From Trichormus sp. ATA11-4-KO1 (GTDB lineage Bacteria > Cyanobacteriota > Cyanobacteriia > Cyanobacteriales > Nostocaceae): a DNA stretch of 64,000 bases. The stretch spans positions 384,001-448,000 of the forward strand of contig JAHHIM010000036.1 of NCBI GenBank assembly GCA_019358915.1. Reading direction: 5' to 3'. A model generated the notes under the pieces. That model searched no databases, had not been told where the DNA came from, and worked only from the letters and a program-made list of their open reading frames with translations. A program made the translations under genes and the position numbers. Every line of letters begins with the position of its first letter. The stretch's first letter is position 1. Below, piece by piece: positions 28,403 to 39,990 of the stretch.

Positions 28403-29755
28403 TCATAGCACAAGAAAGGCGGCAACTTCCACATGAGCTGTTTGAGGAAAAAAATCAGCCGGTTGTATCCGTGTGATTTTATATTGCGAATCTTGGCACA
28501 ACAATTTCAGATCACGGGCGAGAGTAGCTACTTTACAACTGACGTAAACTATGCGTGGAGGTTTCGATTGCAATAAAGAATCGATAACGGCGCGATCGCA
28601 TCCTTTACGTGGCGGATCAAGTAACACCACATCTGGTAGTATGCCCATCTTTGGCAGCAAATTCTCTACTGCTCCTACTTGAAATGTGACGTTATTAATT
28701 TCATTGTGTTGGGCATTGAGAATAGCTTGTTGTACAGCTTCTGGTTGTAATTCTAATCCTGTAGCTTGGCGTACTTGTTTAGCTAAAGGCAAAGTTAAAG
28801 TTCCTATACCACAATAGGCATCGACTAGCAACTCATGTCCTTGAAGATTCAATTCTGACTGAATTACTTGTAATAGAGCCTCTGCGGTTTCTGTGTGCAC
28901 CTGGAAAAATGTATCTGGACGGACTTGAAATTCCAGTCCAGCAAATTTTTCTCGGAGGTAAGGAGTTCCCGCAATGCAACGAGTTTGAGAGCCAAAGATG
29001 GCATTTGTGCGATCGCTATTGCGATTTAAAGACACTCCCACCAACCGAGGATAACGCTGCAACCATTCCTGCGCTTGGTCTTCAATCCCTGGTAAATGCC
29101 AATCCTTGACCACCAAAGTCAACAACATTTCTCCAGTGCGTCGTCCAATGCGTAAACCGAGATGGCGGATTTGCCCTTGGTGACGCTGTTCATTGTAAAT
29201 CTGCCACCCGTGCTGTTGAATATCTTGTTTAACTTCAGCCAGCAAAGGATTTAATCGTGGGTCTTGAACTGGACATTGATTCAAGTTCACTAATTGATGG
29301 CTACCTTTTTGGTAATAACCAGCCTTTACCTGACCTGTGGCGGAAACACTCACAGGATAAGTGGCTTTATTGCGATAACCCAAAGGTGAAGCAGTGGTCA
29401 GCACCGGATCTACTGGTGGATTAACAAAACCGCCAATCCGTTGTAGAGCTTGAATAACTTGATTTTGCTTAGCTAGCAGCTGATAATTATCATCAATATG
29501 CTGCCACTGACAACCACCGCACTTATCAGCCACAATGCAACTCGGTCGGATACGGTGAGGAGATGGTTGTAATAGCTGCTGAAGTTTGCCGTGAGCGTAT
29601 TTAGGTTTGACATGTACCAAGCGCACGATCGCGCGATCGCCTGGGACAGTATCCGGGACAAAAACCACCAGTTCCTCAAAACGTCCCACACCATCACCCG
29701 TATCACTCAGGTCGGCGATCTTTACTTCAACTAACTCACCTTGTTGTTTAGTCAT
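28403..29755 (-). CDS. rlmD: 23S rRNA (uracil-5)-methyltransferase
   Basis: TRAM domain, CGGCQWQH, DAYCGIG, LDPPRKG, YVSC and DFFPQTAHVE. Confidence 0.92.
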   Translation of the reverse strand: MTKQQGELVEVKIADLSDTGDGVGRFEELVVFVPDTVPGDRAIVRLVHVKPKYAHGKLQQLLQPSPHRIRPSCIVADKCGGCQWQHIDDNYQLLAKQNQVIQALQRIGGFVNPPVDPVLTTASPLGYRNKATYPVSVSATGQVKAGYYQKGSHQLVNLNQCPVQDPRLNPLLAEVKQDIQQHGWQIYNEQRHQGQIRHLGLRIGRRTGEMLLTLVVKDWHLPGIEDQAQEWLQRYPRLVGVSLNRNSDRTNAIFGSQTRCIAGTPYLREKFAGLEFQVRPDTFFQVHTETAEALLQVIQSELNLQGHELLVDAYCGIGTLTLPLAKQVRQATGLELQPEAVQQAILNAQHNEINNVTFQVGAVENLLPKMGILPDVVLLDPPRKGCDRAVIDSLLQSKPPRIVYVSCKVATLARDLKLLCQDSQYKITRIQPADFFPQTAHVEVAAFLVL

Positions 29756-29757
29756 TA

Positions 29758-29802
29758 CCCTTGTCCCCTTGTCCCCTTGTCCCCTTGTCCCCTTGTCCCC
29801 TT
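29758..29802. repeat. (CCCTTGTC)5 tandem repeat next to the rlmD start
   Basis: Five perfect 8-mers; the same unit recurs near 36495 and 63131. Confidence 0.9.
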
Positions 29803-30033
29803 CCCACTCTTCAAACGTATAAATTCAATACAGTCAGGTGAGGACAGAGTATTGATGGCTCAAAACCCTGAAGCAACTAACTGGCTTGATACTCAGCACT
29901 CAGCACTCCCCTTCGACTTCGCTCAGGGCCAGCGCACTCAGCACTTTGCCATACATCACAGCTTATATCTCTTTCTTTGTGTACCTCAGACTCGTTAAAC
30001 TAGCAAATAATATTTCGCGTGATTGCCATAATC

Positions 30034-30519
30034 ATGACTGTAATTAGCCAAGTTATTCTCCAAGCCGACGACCAACTGCGCTACCCCAGCAGTGGTGAAC
30101 TCAAAAGTATCAAAGAATTTTTGCAAACCGGTGTCCAACGCACAAGGATTGCAGCAACTCTAGCTGAGAACGAAAAAAAGATTGTTCAGGAAGCAACCAA
30201 ACAACTTTGGCAAAAGCGGCCTGACTTTATCGCACCCGGTGGTAACGCTTACGGTGAACGTCAACGTTCTCTATGTATCCGTGATTTTGGCTGGTACTTA
30301 CGCCTGATTACCTATGGCGTACTTGCTGGTGACAAAGAGCCAATTGAAAAAATTGGTTTAATCGGTGTGCGAGAAATGTACAATTCTTTGGGCGTTCCCG
30401 TGCCTGGAATGGTAGAAGCTATCAATTCCTTGAAAAAAGCCTCCCTTGACTTACTAAGTGCGGAAGATGCTGCGGAAGCTGCACCCTACTTTGATTACAT
30501 CATTCAAGCAATGTCTTAA
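30034..30519 (+). CDS. apcD: allophycocyanin alpha-B subunit
   Basis: [23 protein letters not shown]; chromophore Cys in [12 protein letters not shown]. Confidence 0.95.
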   Translation: MTVISQVILQADDQLRYPSSGELKSIKEFLQTGVQRTRIAATLAENEKKIVQEATKQLWQKRPDFIAPGGNAYGERQRSLCIRDFGWYLRLITYGVLAGDKEPIEKIGLIGVREMYNSLGVPVPGMVEAINSLKKASLDLLSAEDAAEAAPYFDYIIQAMS

Positions 30520-30620
30520 TGCAAAGTGGTGCTGGTTCTCAAAGTGTAATTCCGATCTATTAGAGTGAGTGTAAGGTATTAGCACTTAACATCCATAAGA
30601 TTTCTCATTTGATCATACCT

Positions 30621-30748
30621 TCCCCACAGTTGGTAATGGCTTTGGCAAATACTCTGTCAAGTTATTAACCAGTTGTGGGGAAATTTTATTAGCCTGTAAA
30701 TCCACGCAACAAAAAACCGACAGGCTTTATTTTATAAAGACTGTCGGC
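30621..30748. terminator. two stem-loops downstream of apcD
   Basis: TTCCCCACAGTTGGT...ACCAGTTGTGGGGAA and CCGACAG..CTTTA...TAAAG..CTGTCGG. Confidence 0.5.
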
Positions 30749-31037
30749 AATTTAGTGTGTTCCCTATTAATGACTCGGCTAGAGTTCAGTAATAAGCTAT
30801 TCTGGCAAATTGGTAGTTGAAAAGAAAGGATCTTAATCATCGCTCTAAGTGATTTTCATCACTACGATTGCTACCAAAAAGCTGTAATTGCTCAAGTAAT
30901 ATATCTGTTTGGTTATAGTACACATCCTTAAAGCATAACGCGACGAAGTGTGTGACACCCAGTATGTGGTTCACTCAGGAACACAGATATAAACTTATAG
31001 GCAGTGGACAAACAACTAGGTGTGGAGTGTGGTTACT

Positions 31038-31703
31038 ATGGAACAGAGAATTTATCGTCATTGTTTTCACTTCGTGGCTGGGATCATTCTCTTGGGAGTA
31101 TCCTATGGTTGTACGATGCCACAACCAAATCAAGTTACTCAAAGCAACAGCGTCACAACTACGCCTACTTCCATCCAGACTAACAACTCTCAAAGCAACA
31201 AACCAGATACCAAAATTGCCACGATTAGTATAGAAGGGGAAGACACGCCCATCACTTTAAGGCTTTACAAGCAATACAGCAGCGTATTTACCACTTACTA
31301 TCCCGACGCAGAATTTCTTAGCCAAGGTGTGAGTTCCGGTGAAGGAACAGGCGTGAAATTTATTGCCAATTTCGATGGAAGCAAAAATGAAGATGCTTAT
31401 GTTAACCTTTCCTTCCTCAACAGTTTTAACTCTCTAGAACAGCTAAGAAGCTTTGTCAATGGCGAATCTGGGCTAATTGTGTCTAATGGATGGCAGGTTG
31501 TCAGTCGCACTCAAAAGACCCCTTATCCCTGGGCCCAAGAACAGATTGTTTTCCGCAAAGGGCAAGACATAACAGGTGTTGTATATCTTGGTCAACAAAA
31601 TGGCAAAGTTTTCTATACAGTTACCCATTACCCAGTTGAATATGGAGATGGATTTTCACCAAGAGCCGACTTAATTTTACAAAACCTGCAAGTTGGCGGG
31701 TAA
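31038..31703 (+). CDS. hypothetical lipoprotein
   Basis: Hydrophobic signal with VSYGC lipobox-like Cys; HYPVEYGDGFSPR C-terminal motif. Confidence 0.7.
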   Translation: MEQRIYRHCFHFVAGIILLGVSYGCTMPQPNQVTQSNSVTTTPTSIQTNNSQSNKPDTKIATISIEGEDTPITLRLYKQYSSVFTTYYPDAEFLSQGVSSGEGTGVKFIANFDGSKNEDAYVNLSFLNSFNSLEQLRSFVNGESGLIVSNGWQVVSRTQKTPYPWAQEQIVFRKGQDITGVVYLGQQNGKVFYTVTHYPVEYGDGFSPRADLILQNLQVGG

Positions 31704-31807
31704 TGGAGATTAAGCGCAGATAAGCACCTCATAATGATTGTCTACTCAAAATCGCTGAACCAATGGGATAAACTGGACTCAGCAGCAACAAACCTAGCAG
31801 CATAAAT

Positions 31808-32026
31808 ATGGAACCAAAGCAAGCAGAAGACTTATCAAAACTCGATGAACCCGAAGCATCGAAGGCAGATGATGCACTTGGCATGAGATATCGCATCCAG
31901 CAAATCAAAAATAAAATGGCAGACCAAGGCATCACTCTAACTGCCGAAGATTTGGACGGTTTGCAATCTTACTTAGTTTCTGAGCAAAAATGGGAAGAGG
32001 TCTATTGCCGCCTTGCAGACTCGTAG
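31808..32026 (+). CDS. putative antitoxin of the Doc-type toxin
   Basis: 72 aa, acidic, C-terminal [10 protein letters not shown] helix; overlaps the doc start by 14 nt. Confidence 0.6.
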   Translation: MEPKQAEDLSKLDEPEASKADDALGMRYRIQQIKNKMADQGITLTAEDLDGLQSYLVSEQKWEEVYCRLADS

Positions 32027-32405
32027 ATTTATTTCTCACTTCCTAACCATAACCATCCACCAGCAGCAGATTGAGAAGTTTGGTGGCACATTTGGTATTA
32101 GAGACAAAGGCTTGCTAGATTCAGCCTTAGCTCAACCTCAAGCAACATTTGGCGGGGAACTTCTCCATCGGACAATTCACGAACAAGCAGCAGCTTACTT
32201 ATACCACTTAGCAATGAACCATCCTTTTGTAGATGGCAATGAACGTACAGCTTTCGCTGTTATGGATACCTTCATTACCTTGAACAGCTACAGTTTGAAC
32301 TTGTCAGATGCAGAAGCTTACAAATTGGTAATTCAAGTAGTTCAGAAGGAAATATCCAAAGAAGAATTATCTACATTTCTAGAACTGCACCTACAGCGCA
32401 AGTAA
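32013..32405 (+). CDS. death-on-curing (Doc/Fic) family toxin
   Basis: [15 protein letters not shown] and [12 protein letters not shown] motifs. Confidence 0.88.
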   Translation: MQTRRFISHFLTITIHQQQIEKFGGTFGIRDKGLLDSALAQPQATFGGELLHRTIHEQAAAYLYHLAMNHPFVDGNERTAFAVMDTFITLNSYSLNLSDAEAYKLVIQVVQKEISKEELSTFLELHLQRK

Positions 32406-32446
32406 ATCGATACAATAATGCTCTGTACTCTTGGTGCATTATTTCC

Positions 32447-34828
32447 ATGACCGCCACATCCTCTACTCCCTTTTCTCCCCAAGAAATTGCCGCCGAAGGT
32501 TTAAAGCCAGAAGAATACGCAGAAATTGTTAGCAGGTTAGGGCGTCATCCCAACAAAGCTGAACTGGGAATGTTTGGCGTGATGTGGTCTGAGCATTGCT
32601 GTTACAAAAATTCACGCCCGTTACTCAAACAGTTTCCCACGACAGGCCCCCGTATCCTCGTTGGCCCCGGCGAAAATGCTGGGGTTGTCGATTTAGGCGA
32701 CGGACTACAACTGGCATTTAAAATCGAATCTCATAACCACCCTTCAGCCGTTGAACCTTTCCAAGGAGCTGCTACAGGTGTGGGAGGGATTCTCAGAGAT
32801 ATCTTTACAATGGGTGCGCGTCCCATTGCCTTATTAAACTCATTACGTTTCGGTCCCCTAGAAGATCCAAAAACTCAACGTTTATTTAGCGGTGTTGTCG
32901 CTGGGATTAGTCACTATGGTAACTGTGTGGGTGTGCCCACCATCGGCGGTGAAGTTTACTTTGACCAGGCTTACTCTGGAAATCCCTTGGTGAACGTGAT
33001 GGCACTAGGATTGATGGAAACATCAGAAATTGTTAAATCTGGGGCGTCTGGCTTAGGTAACCCGGTGCTGTATGTTGGTTCTACCACTGGACGTGATGGT
33101 ATGGGTGGAGCAAGTTTTGCTAGTGCTGAATTAAGTGATAAATCAGTTGATGACCGTCCGGCTGTGCAAGTAGGCGACCCTTTTTTAGAAAAGTCATTGA
33201 TTGAAGCTTGTTTAGAAGCCTTTAAGACTGGTGCAGTTGTCGCCGCCCAGGATATGGGCGCAGCTGGTATCACCTGTTCTACTTCAGAGATGGCAGCTAA
33301 AGGCGGCGTAGGTATTGAATTGGATTTAGATAAAATTCCCGTGCGAGAAACGGAGATGGTTCCCTATGAATACCTGCTTTCGGAATCTCAAGAAAGAATG
33401 CTGTTTGTTGCCCACAAGGGACGTGAACAAGAGCTAATTGATATTTTCCAGCGTTGGGGACTTCATGCTGTGGTTGCGGGCACAGTAATTGCTGACCCCA
33501 TTGTGCGAATTCTCTTTCAGGGTAAAGTAGCGGCAGAAATTCCGGCTGAGGCTTTGGCGGAAAACACGCCACTTTATGAGCGGGAGTTATTGACGGAACC
33601 ACCAGAATATGCCCGTCAAGCTTGGCAATGGCAGCCTGATTCCTTACCTGCTTGTACAATTACTGGCATTAAAATTCAGGGAAAAACGCAAAGTTGGACT
33701 GATATTTTATTAAAGTTGCTCGATACACCCACGATCGCTTCAAAAAATTGGGTGTATCGTCAGTATGACCATCAAGTGCAGAATAATACTGTCATCCTGC
33801 CAGGTGGCGCAGATGCGGCTGTAGTGCGGTTGCGTCCCGTGGAGACAATTAAAAATGAAAAATTAAAAATTGAAAATCTCAAATCGGCAGTGGCGGCTAC
33901 GGTAGATTGTAATCCGCGTTATGTTTATCTTGACCCTTATGAGGGTGCTAAGGCAGTGGTGGCAGAAGCTGCCCGTAATCTTAGTTGCGTGGGTGCAGAA
34001 CCTCTAGCGGTAACAGATAACCTGAATTTTGGCAGTCCAGAAAAACCGATTGGTTACTGGCAATTAGCAGAAGCTTGTCGGGGTTTGGCAGAAGCTTGTC
34101 AAGCATTGGCAACACCAGTTACAGGTGGAAATGTCTCTTTGTACAATGAAACTTTTGATTCTCAAGGCAACCCACAACCCATTTATCCCACTCCTGTTGT
34201 GGGTATGGTAGGGTTAATTCCCGATTTCACCAAAATTTGTGGTCAAGGTTGGCAAGCAGTAGGCGATGTCATTTATCTTCTGGGATTACCTCTGACATCC
34301 TCCGTTAGTTTGGGGGGATCTGAGTATTTAGCTACTATTCACAACACTGTGGCTGGAAAACCCCCACAAGTAAATTTTGATTTAGAACGTCGTGTACAGC
34401 AAGCTTGTCGCGAGGGTATTCGTGCAGGTTGGGTACGTTCAGCCCATGATTGTGCTGAGGGGGGAGTGGCTATTGCTTTAGCCGAATCTTGTATTTCTGG
34501 CAACCTGGGAGCAAAAATTTATGTCGAAATACTAGAGACGCAGTTACAACGTCTTGATCAAGTGCTTTTTGGCGAGGGTGGGGCGAGGATTTTAGTTTCT
34601 GTAACATCAGATAAACAAGAAATCTGGGAATCCTACTTACAGGAACATCTAGGTCAGGAATGGCAAAAACTCGGTACAGTTGGTAATTCTGACAATTCTG
34701 GTGAGGGTTTGGGGGTTTTGACCACTGATAACCAAACCTTAATCAAAGTTAGTATTGAACATATGCACGATCGCTACTTCCACGCGATCGCTAAACGTCT
34801 CGCTATCCACACAAACACCCCTAGTTAA
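32447..34828 (+). CDS. purL: phosphoribosylformylglycinamidine synthase subunit PurL
   Basis: [22 protein letters not shown] and SESQERM. Confidence 0.97.
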   Translation: MTATSSTPFSPQEIAAEGLKPEEYAEIVSRLGRHPNKAELGMFGVMWSEHCCYKNSRPLLKQFPTTGPRILVGPGENAGVVDLGDGLQLAFKIESHNHPSAVEPFQGAATGVGGILRDIFTMGARPIALLNSLRFGPLEDPKTQRLFSGVVAGISHYGNCVGVPTIGGEVYFDQAYSGNPLVNVMALGLMETSEIVKSGASGLGNPVLYVGSTTGRDGMGGASFASAELSDKSVDDRPAVQVGDPFLEKSLIEACLEAFKTGAVVAAQDMGAAGITCSTSEMAAKGGVGIELDLDKIPVRETEMVPYEYLLSESQERMLFVAHKGREQELIDIFQRWGLHAVVAGTVIADPIVRILFQGKVAAEIPAEALAENTPLYERELLTEPPEYARQAWQWQPDSLPACTITGIKIQGKTQSWTDILLKLLDTPTIASKNWVYRQYDHQVQNNTVILPGGADAAVVRLRPVETIKNEKLKIENLKSAVAATVDCNPRYVYLDPYEGAKAVVAEAARNLSCVGAEPLAVTDNLNFGSPEKPIGYWQLAEACRGLAEACQALATPVTGGNVSLYNETFDSQGNPQPIYPTPVVGMVGLIPDFTKICGQGWQAVGDVIYLLGLPLTSSVSLGGSEYLATIHNTVAGKPPQVNFDLERRVQQACREGIRAGWVRSAHDCAEGGVAIALAESCISGNLGAKIYVEILETQLQRLDQVLFGEGGARILVSVTSDKQEIWESYLQEHLGQEWQKLGTVGNSDNSGEGLGVLTTDNQTLIKVSIEHMHDRYFHAIAKRLAIHTNTPS

Positions 34829-34979
34829 TTATTTGCATCCCCTACCCCGGGATTATTAACGTCTCTGAGCATAATTACGGTACTGTTTTAATATGTGGTT
34901 AAAGATTTATTAAGAAATCGGCAACTATCCAGCGACACAATCCCAGTGACTTGACACCCAAACCAGGAGCAAAGCTAGC

Positions 34980-36479
34980 ATGATTCCCATCCATCCCGTC
35001 ACTTCGGATGAATACCCTAATCAGACCAACAACCCAATTAATAGTCATGAACATCGTCTTGACAAGCCAGAAGAAGCTTGCGGTGTTTTTGGCATTTACG
35101 CACCGGCAGAAGATGTTGCTAAACTGACCTACTTTGGATTGTATGCCCTCCAGCACCGGGGTCAAGAATCAGCTGGTATTGCTACCTTTGAGGGTGCAAA
35201 AGTACACCTGCATAAAGATATGGGTTTAGTATCTCAAGTCTTTAATGAATCCATCTTGGATCAGTTACCTGGTAACCTAGCTGTTGGTCATACGCGTTAT
35301 TCTACTACTGGTTCTAGCCGCAAAGCTAATGCCCAGCCGGCTGTAATCAAAACCCGCTTAGGTTCATTAGCTTTAGCACATAATGGTAATTTAGTCAATA
35401 CTGTGCAACTGCGGGAAGAGTTAGTTCAGAGCAAATTTAATTTAGTCACATCTACCGATTCAGAAATGATCGCGTTTGCGATCGCCGAAGCCGTCAACGC
35501 TGGTGCAGATTGGCTAGAAGGTGCTATTCAGGCATTTCACCGTTGTCAAGGAGCCTTTAGCTTAGTTATTGGTACGGCTACTGGTGTTATGGGTGTTCGT
35601 GACCCTAATGGCATTCGTCCCCTAGTGATTGGTACTTTAGCCGGTAATCCAGTTCGTTACGTTTTGGCTTCCGAAACTTGTGGTTTAGACATCATTGGTG
35701 CCGAATACCTGCGAGATGTTGAACCAGGCGAGTTAGTTTGGATCACAGAGGAAGGTTTGGCTTCCTACCATTGGAGTCAACAGCCTCAGCGCAAGTTGTG
35801 TATCTTTGAGATGATTTACTTTGCTCGTCCTGATAGCCTCATGCACAACGAAAGTTTGTACAGCTATAGAATGCGGTTAGGACGGCAAATAGCGGCGGAA
35901 TCTGCTGTGGATGCTGATATTGTCTTTGGTGTTCCTGATTCTGGTATACCTGCTGCCATTGGATTTTCTGAGGCTTCTGGTATCACCTACGCTGAAGGAC
36001 TGATTAAAAATCGCTATGTTGGACGCACCTTCATTCAGCCGACACAATCCATGCGCGAGTCAGGAATTCGGATGAAACTTAACCCCCTCAAAGATGTACT
36101 CATGGGTAAACGAGTCATTATAGTAGATGATTCGATTGTCCGAGGTACTACCAGCCGCAAACTGGTTAAAACCCTGCGGGAAGCGGGTGCGGTGGAAGTG
36201 CATATGCGAATTTCTTCTCCGCCAGTGACTCATCCTTGCTTTTATGGCATCGATACCGATAGCCAGGAGCAGCTAATTGCGGCTACTAAGTCAGTAGAGG
36301 AAATTGCTCAACAACTGGAAGTAGACAGCTTGGCTTATCTGAGTTGGGAAGGAATGCTCAAGGCTACGGGAGAAGATACCAATAGTTTTTGCTCGGCTTG
36401 TTTTACTGGGGATTATCCTGTGGCGATTCCTGAACAAGTGAAGCGTTCTAAGCTGATATTGGAAAAAGTAGTGGTGTAG
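34980..36479 (+). CDS. purF: amidophosphoribosyltransferase
   Basis: EEACGVFG, QHRGQESAG and VDDSIVRGTT. Confidence 0.97.
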   Translation: MIPIHPVTSDEYPNQTNNPINSHEHRLDKPEEACGVFGIYAPAEDVAKLTYFGLYALQHRGQESAGIATFEGAKVHLHKDMGLVSQVFNESILDQLPGNLAVGHTRYSTTGSSRKANAQPAVIKTRLGSLALAHNGNLVNTVQLREELVQSKFNLVTSTDSEMIAFAIAEAVNAGADWLEGAIQAFHRCQGAFSLVIGTATGVMGVRDPNGIRPLVIGTLAGNPVRYVLASETCGLDIIGAEYLRDVEPGELVWITEEGLASYHWSQQPQRKLCIFEMIYFARPDSLMHNESLYSYRMRLGRQIAAESAVDADIVFGVPDSGIPAAIGFSEASGITYAEGLIKNRYVGRTFIQPTQSMRESGIRMKLNPLKDVLMGKRVIIVDDSIVRGTTSRKLVKTLREAGAVEVHMRISSPPVTHPCFYGIDTDSQEQLIAATKSVEEIAQQLEVDSLAYLSWEGMLKATGEDTNSFCSACFTGDYPVAIPEQVKRSKLILEKVVV

Positions 36480-36511
36480 GGACTGGGGAGCGGGGGACAA
36501 GGGGAGCAGGG

Positions 36512-36684
36512 CAGGGCTGTTTCATTCGCTTGTGTTGGAGATTTGTCAAGAGGATAATCTCACGCAAAGGCGCAAAGACGCAAAGAAAAATCAGGTATTT
36601 CGGACTGAAGATGCCAAAATTTTTGGTCTTAATTGTGGATTTGCCCTTGCAATTTTAACCCTTTTAGGGAACGAATCAGCCCTG
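36512..36684. mobile_element. 173-bp MITE with ISAs1-like CAGGGC ends and 10-bp flanking direct repeat
   Basis: CAGGGCTGTTTCATTC / CAGGGCTGATTCGTTC TIRs; GGGAGCAGGG at 36502-36511 and 36685-36694. Confidence 0.75.
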
Positions 36685-36860
36685 GGGAGCAGGGGAGCAG
36701 GGGAGCGGGGGAGCAGGGAGGAGAAGAATTTGATAATACTCGTCTTGGATGCAAGATAGTGGTAATTTTATTTTTGGAGTTACCTAATATAAGTTCTTTT
36801 TCCTCTGCTCCATGTTCAGCAAGGCTAGAATAGGTAAATCCGCCAATTCAAAGATGGTTT

Positions 36861-37427
36861 ATGAACCAGCCGACAACAGAAAGAGTATGCTGGACTACCG
36901 CCGACTTGGAGTTGTTTCCAGATAACGGGAACCGCTATGAAATCATCGACGGGGAATTGTTTGTGACAAGAGTGCCTCACTGGAAACATCAAAAAGCTTG
37001 TGTGAGAATTAGCACTGCCTTAGATATTTGGTCACAGACTAATGGACGGGGAGAAGTTGTCACTGCTCCTGGTATCATCTTTGGTGATAACGATAATGTA
37101 ATTCCTGATGTTGTCTGGGCTAGTCATGAGAGACTAACCGAGCTTTTAGATGAGGCTGGTCATTTGACAGCTGCACCGGAACTAGTGGTAGAGGTTTTAT
37201 CTTTTGGCGTTGAGAATGAAAAGCGAGATAGGGAACTCAAACTTAAACTCTACTCAACACGAGGAGTTAGAGAATACTGGATTGTGGATTGGCGCAAGCA
37301 ACAAGTAGAAGTATATAGACGCGAACAAGCAAGTTTAAAATTAGTTGCCACCTTGTTCAAAGGCGATGAACTAAATTCACCCATATTGCCTAATTTTACT
37401 TGTGCTATCGCAGCTTTATTTACTTAA
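36861..37427 (+). CDS. Uma2 family endonuclease
   Basis: RYEIIDGEL, PDVVW, PELVVEVLS and GVREYWIVD. Confidence 0.9.
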   Translation: MNQPTTERVCWTTADLELFPDNGNRYEIIDGELFVTRVPHWKHQKACVRISTALDIWSQTNGRGEVVTAPGIIFGDNDNVIPDVVWASHERLTELLDEAGHLTAAPELVVEVLSFGVENEKRDRELKLKLYSTRGVREYWIVDWRKQQVEVYRREQASLKLVATLFKGDELNSPILPNFTCAIAALFT

Positions 37428-37913
37428 AAATTAGTAATGCGATCGCCATCCCTCAGAGGTGGGATTGAGCAACGCATAAAAAGTTCGAGAATCGGATTGC
37501 ATGGATATCTTACATTAATACTCATTTTGAATTTATTCGAGATGATTAATTTTTAATGTTGGGTGTCATTACTTTGAACCCAACCTACTAGCGATGTTTT
37601 TCTAAACCGTTAAATCTTTTTTATCCAGGGCTTTTGATGTTAGCAGGCGAGGAAATCTAGCTATTGCTATATTTATTTTTTCCCAGACCTATCTACAAGA
37701 GGGGTGTACATCAACAAAGCTTAGGATAGATAACCACATAACTCTAATTCTAAAGTTGGCAAATTCTCTAACTTTTAGAACTGTAGACAGTATAACTGTG
37801 GGCTGAGGACTTAAGTATTGGTATTCAGAAGAATGAAGACAGGTGTGAGGCTAGTTGGCGTTATTAAGTTTTGAATGTGTCAATGCAAAATACACTCAAC
37901 ACAGGAGTTTTTT

Positions 37914-38231
37914 ATGGCTGATGCAATCCAAAATGTTGACATCGATAGTACTATTTCTGCCTTGCAGGGGGATTTAATGTCCATACCTACCGATCAGGCA
38001 TTGGCTGTGATCAATGGTTGGCAGCAACAACTCTCAGGAACCGACATCGCTGAAGATTTGGGTGAACTCAAAAAGGCGATCGCTAGTCGCGATACGGCAA
38101 CTATTTCTGAGATTCTTGTCGATTTGGGCCAAGACACTAGAGATGCGTCTGCCAACGCTAGTGGTAATGTTGCAACTAAGGTGCAGAGACTGGGAGAACT
38201 ACTCTCTCAAGCAGGGAATTCTTTGAAATAG
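37914..38231 (+). CDS. small acidic helical hypothetical protein
   Basis: CAGGAG RBS before ATG at 37914; 105-aa amphipathic ORF. Confidence 0.65.
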   Translation: MADAIQNVDIDSTISALQGDLMSIPTDQALAVINGWQQQLSGTDIAEDLGELKKAIASRDTATISEILVDLGQDTRDASANASGNVATKVQRLGELLSQAGNSLK

Positions 38232-38433
38232 TTCTTGGTCTGCTTTGAATTGAACTAAAATTTAACCTAATAAACAGGATCTATACTGCCTGTTTTGGTG
38301 ACAAAAAGCTTAATCTTCTGTTAAATTAGCCCACATTAGCTATTCGGCGTTCGTCTTTGGCGTTCCCTTATGGTAAGTGGGTTTTTTTAGTGTAAGTAGC
38401 CGTCATGAACTGCGTACACTAGAACACATAAAA

Positions 38434-38508
38434 ACTCTTTGTGTCTTGGTGTCTTAGTGGTTCAAGATTTTTTACCACCAAGGCACAAAGACACCAAGTT
38501 TTTTCAAG
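38434..38508. repeat. dispersed palindromic repeat
   Basis: CTTTGTGTCTTGGTG...CACCAAGGCACAAAG inverted pair; related tracts at about 11107-11165 and 36558-36586. Confidence 0.55.
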
Positions 38509-38536
38509 TCAGGTAGGCAAAAAGGGAAGAAAATGT

Positions 38537-39709
38537 ATGGAGCATGACTGTAAAACGCTGACTGAACTTTATCAAAATGCGCTCCTCAACGATGTACTAC
38601 CATTTTGGGAAAAAAACTCCCTAGACTGGCAGCAAGGCGGCTATTTCACCTGCCTTGATCGCCAGGGCAAGGTTTATGACACAGACAAATTTATCTGGTT
38701 GCAAAACCGCCAGATATGGACTTTTTCTATGCTGTACAACCAACTAGAAAAACGTGAAAGCTGGTTGCAAATCGCTAGCAATGGTGCTAAATTTCTCGCC
38801 CAACATGGCAGAGATGGTGATGGTAATTGGTACTTTGCTCTTACCCGTGCAGGTCAGCCACTAGTTGAACCTTATAATATCTTTTCTGATTGCTTCGCAG
38901 CGATGGCATTTAGCCAGTATGCCCTGGCTTCTGGTGAAGATTGGGCAAGGGATGTAGCGATGCAAGCTTATAACAATGTTTTACGCCGTAAGGATAATCC
39001 TAAGGGCAAATATAACAAAACTTATCCCGGTACACGCCCGATGAAATCCTTGGCTGTACCGATGATTTTAGCTAACCTAACTCTGGAAATGGCATGGCTG
39101 CTTCCCAGCGAAATCTTGGAGAATGTCTTGGCTGAGACTGTTCAGGAAGTCATAACAGATTTTCTAGACCAGGAAAGGGGTTTGATGTATGAAAATGTTG
39201 CCCCCGATGGTTCCCACGTTGATTGTTTTGAAGGACGGCTGATTAATCCTGGTCATGGTATTGAAGCGATGTGGTTCATTATGGACATCGCTAGCCGCAA
39301 AAACGACATGAAAACTATTAACCAAGCTGTTGATGTGGTATTAAATATCCTCAATTTTGCCTGGGATCATGAGTATGGCGGCTTGTATTACTTTATGGAT
39401 GCCAACGGTTATCCTCCACAACAGCTGGAATGGGATCAAAAGCTGTGGTGGGTTCACTTAGAATCTTTAGTGGCATTAGCAATGGGTTGTCGCTTGACGG
39501 GGCGTGAGGTGTGTGGTGAATGGTATCAAAAACTGCACGATTACACTTGGTCACACTTTGCTGATCCAGAATACGGTGAGTGGTTTGGCTACCTGAATCG
39601 CCGTGGAGAAGTGTTGTTAAATCTCAAGGGTGGCAAATGGAAAGGCTGCTTTCATGTCCCCCGTGCATTGTATCTTTGCTGGCGACAGTTTGAGGCGTTG
39701 AGTTCATAG
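38537..39709 (+). CDS. N-acylglucosamine 2-epimerase (AGE family)
   Basis: [29 protein letters not shown] and WKGCFHVPR; start MEHDCK. Confidence 0.9.
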   Translation: MEHDCKTLTELYQNALLNDVLPFWEKNSLDWQQGGYFTCLDRQGKVYDTDKFIWLQNRQIWTFSMLYNQLEKRESWLQIASNGAKFLAQHGRDGDGNWYFALTRAGQPLVEPYNIFSDCFAAMAFSQYALASGEDWARDVAMQAYNNVLRRKDNPKGKYNKTYPGTRPMKSLAVPMILANLTLEMAWLLPSEILENVLAETVQEVITDFLDQERGLMYENVAPDGSHVDCFEGRLINPGHGIEAMWFIMDIASRKNDMKTINQAVDVVLNILNFAWDHEYGGLYYFMDANGYPPQQLEWDQKLWWVHLESLVALAMGCRLTGREVCGEWYQKLHDYTWSHFADPEYGEWFGYLNRRGEVLLNLKGGKWKGCFHVPRALYLCWRQFEALSS

Positions 39710-39767
39710 TCAGTTTAATTTCTGCTAAGAAGCTAAAGTAAAAACATAACTATCTAATGGATGTCTC

Positions 39768-39917
39768 ATGAGCGTTGTGACACCAAAGCGATTCACAATA
39801 GACGAATATCATCGTCTGATTGAACTGGGGTTTTTTCAGGAGGGCGAGTCTCTTCGAGACGGCAAAGCCGACAGTTTTTATTTATTCCCCGCTTGCAACA
39901 ATTTTCTACTGACCTGA
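39768..39917 (+). pseudogene. Uma2 family N-terminal remnant
   Basis: MSVVTPKRFTIDEYHRLIELGFFQEG, then a repeat-like tract and an early stop. Confidence 0.7.
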
Positions 39918-39990
39918 CGTAAAACTTAGGCTACGATATCCCCTATTGCCTTTGTGCAATTTATGTGGGGAGTAGTGCAGGTCAATAAAC

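Noticed and set aside
29741..29998. 85-aa ORF, and similar ORFs at 19715, 36532 and 36633
   Set aside because: Translations of tandem repeats and MITEs
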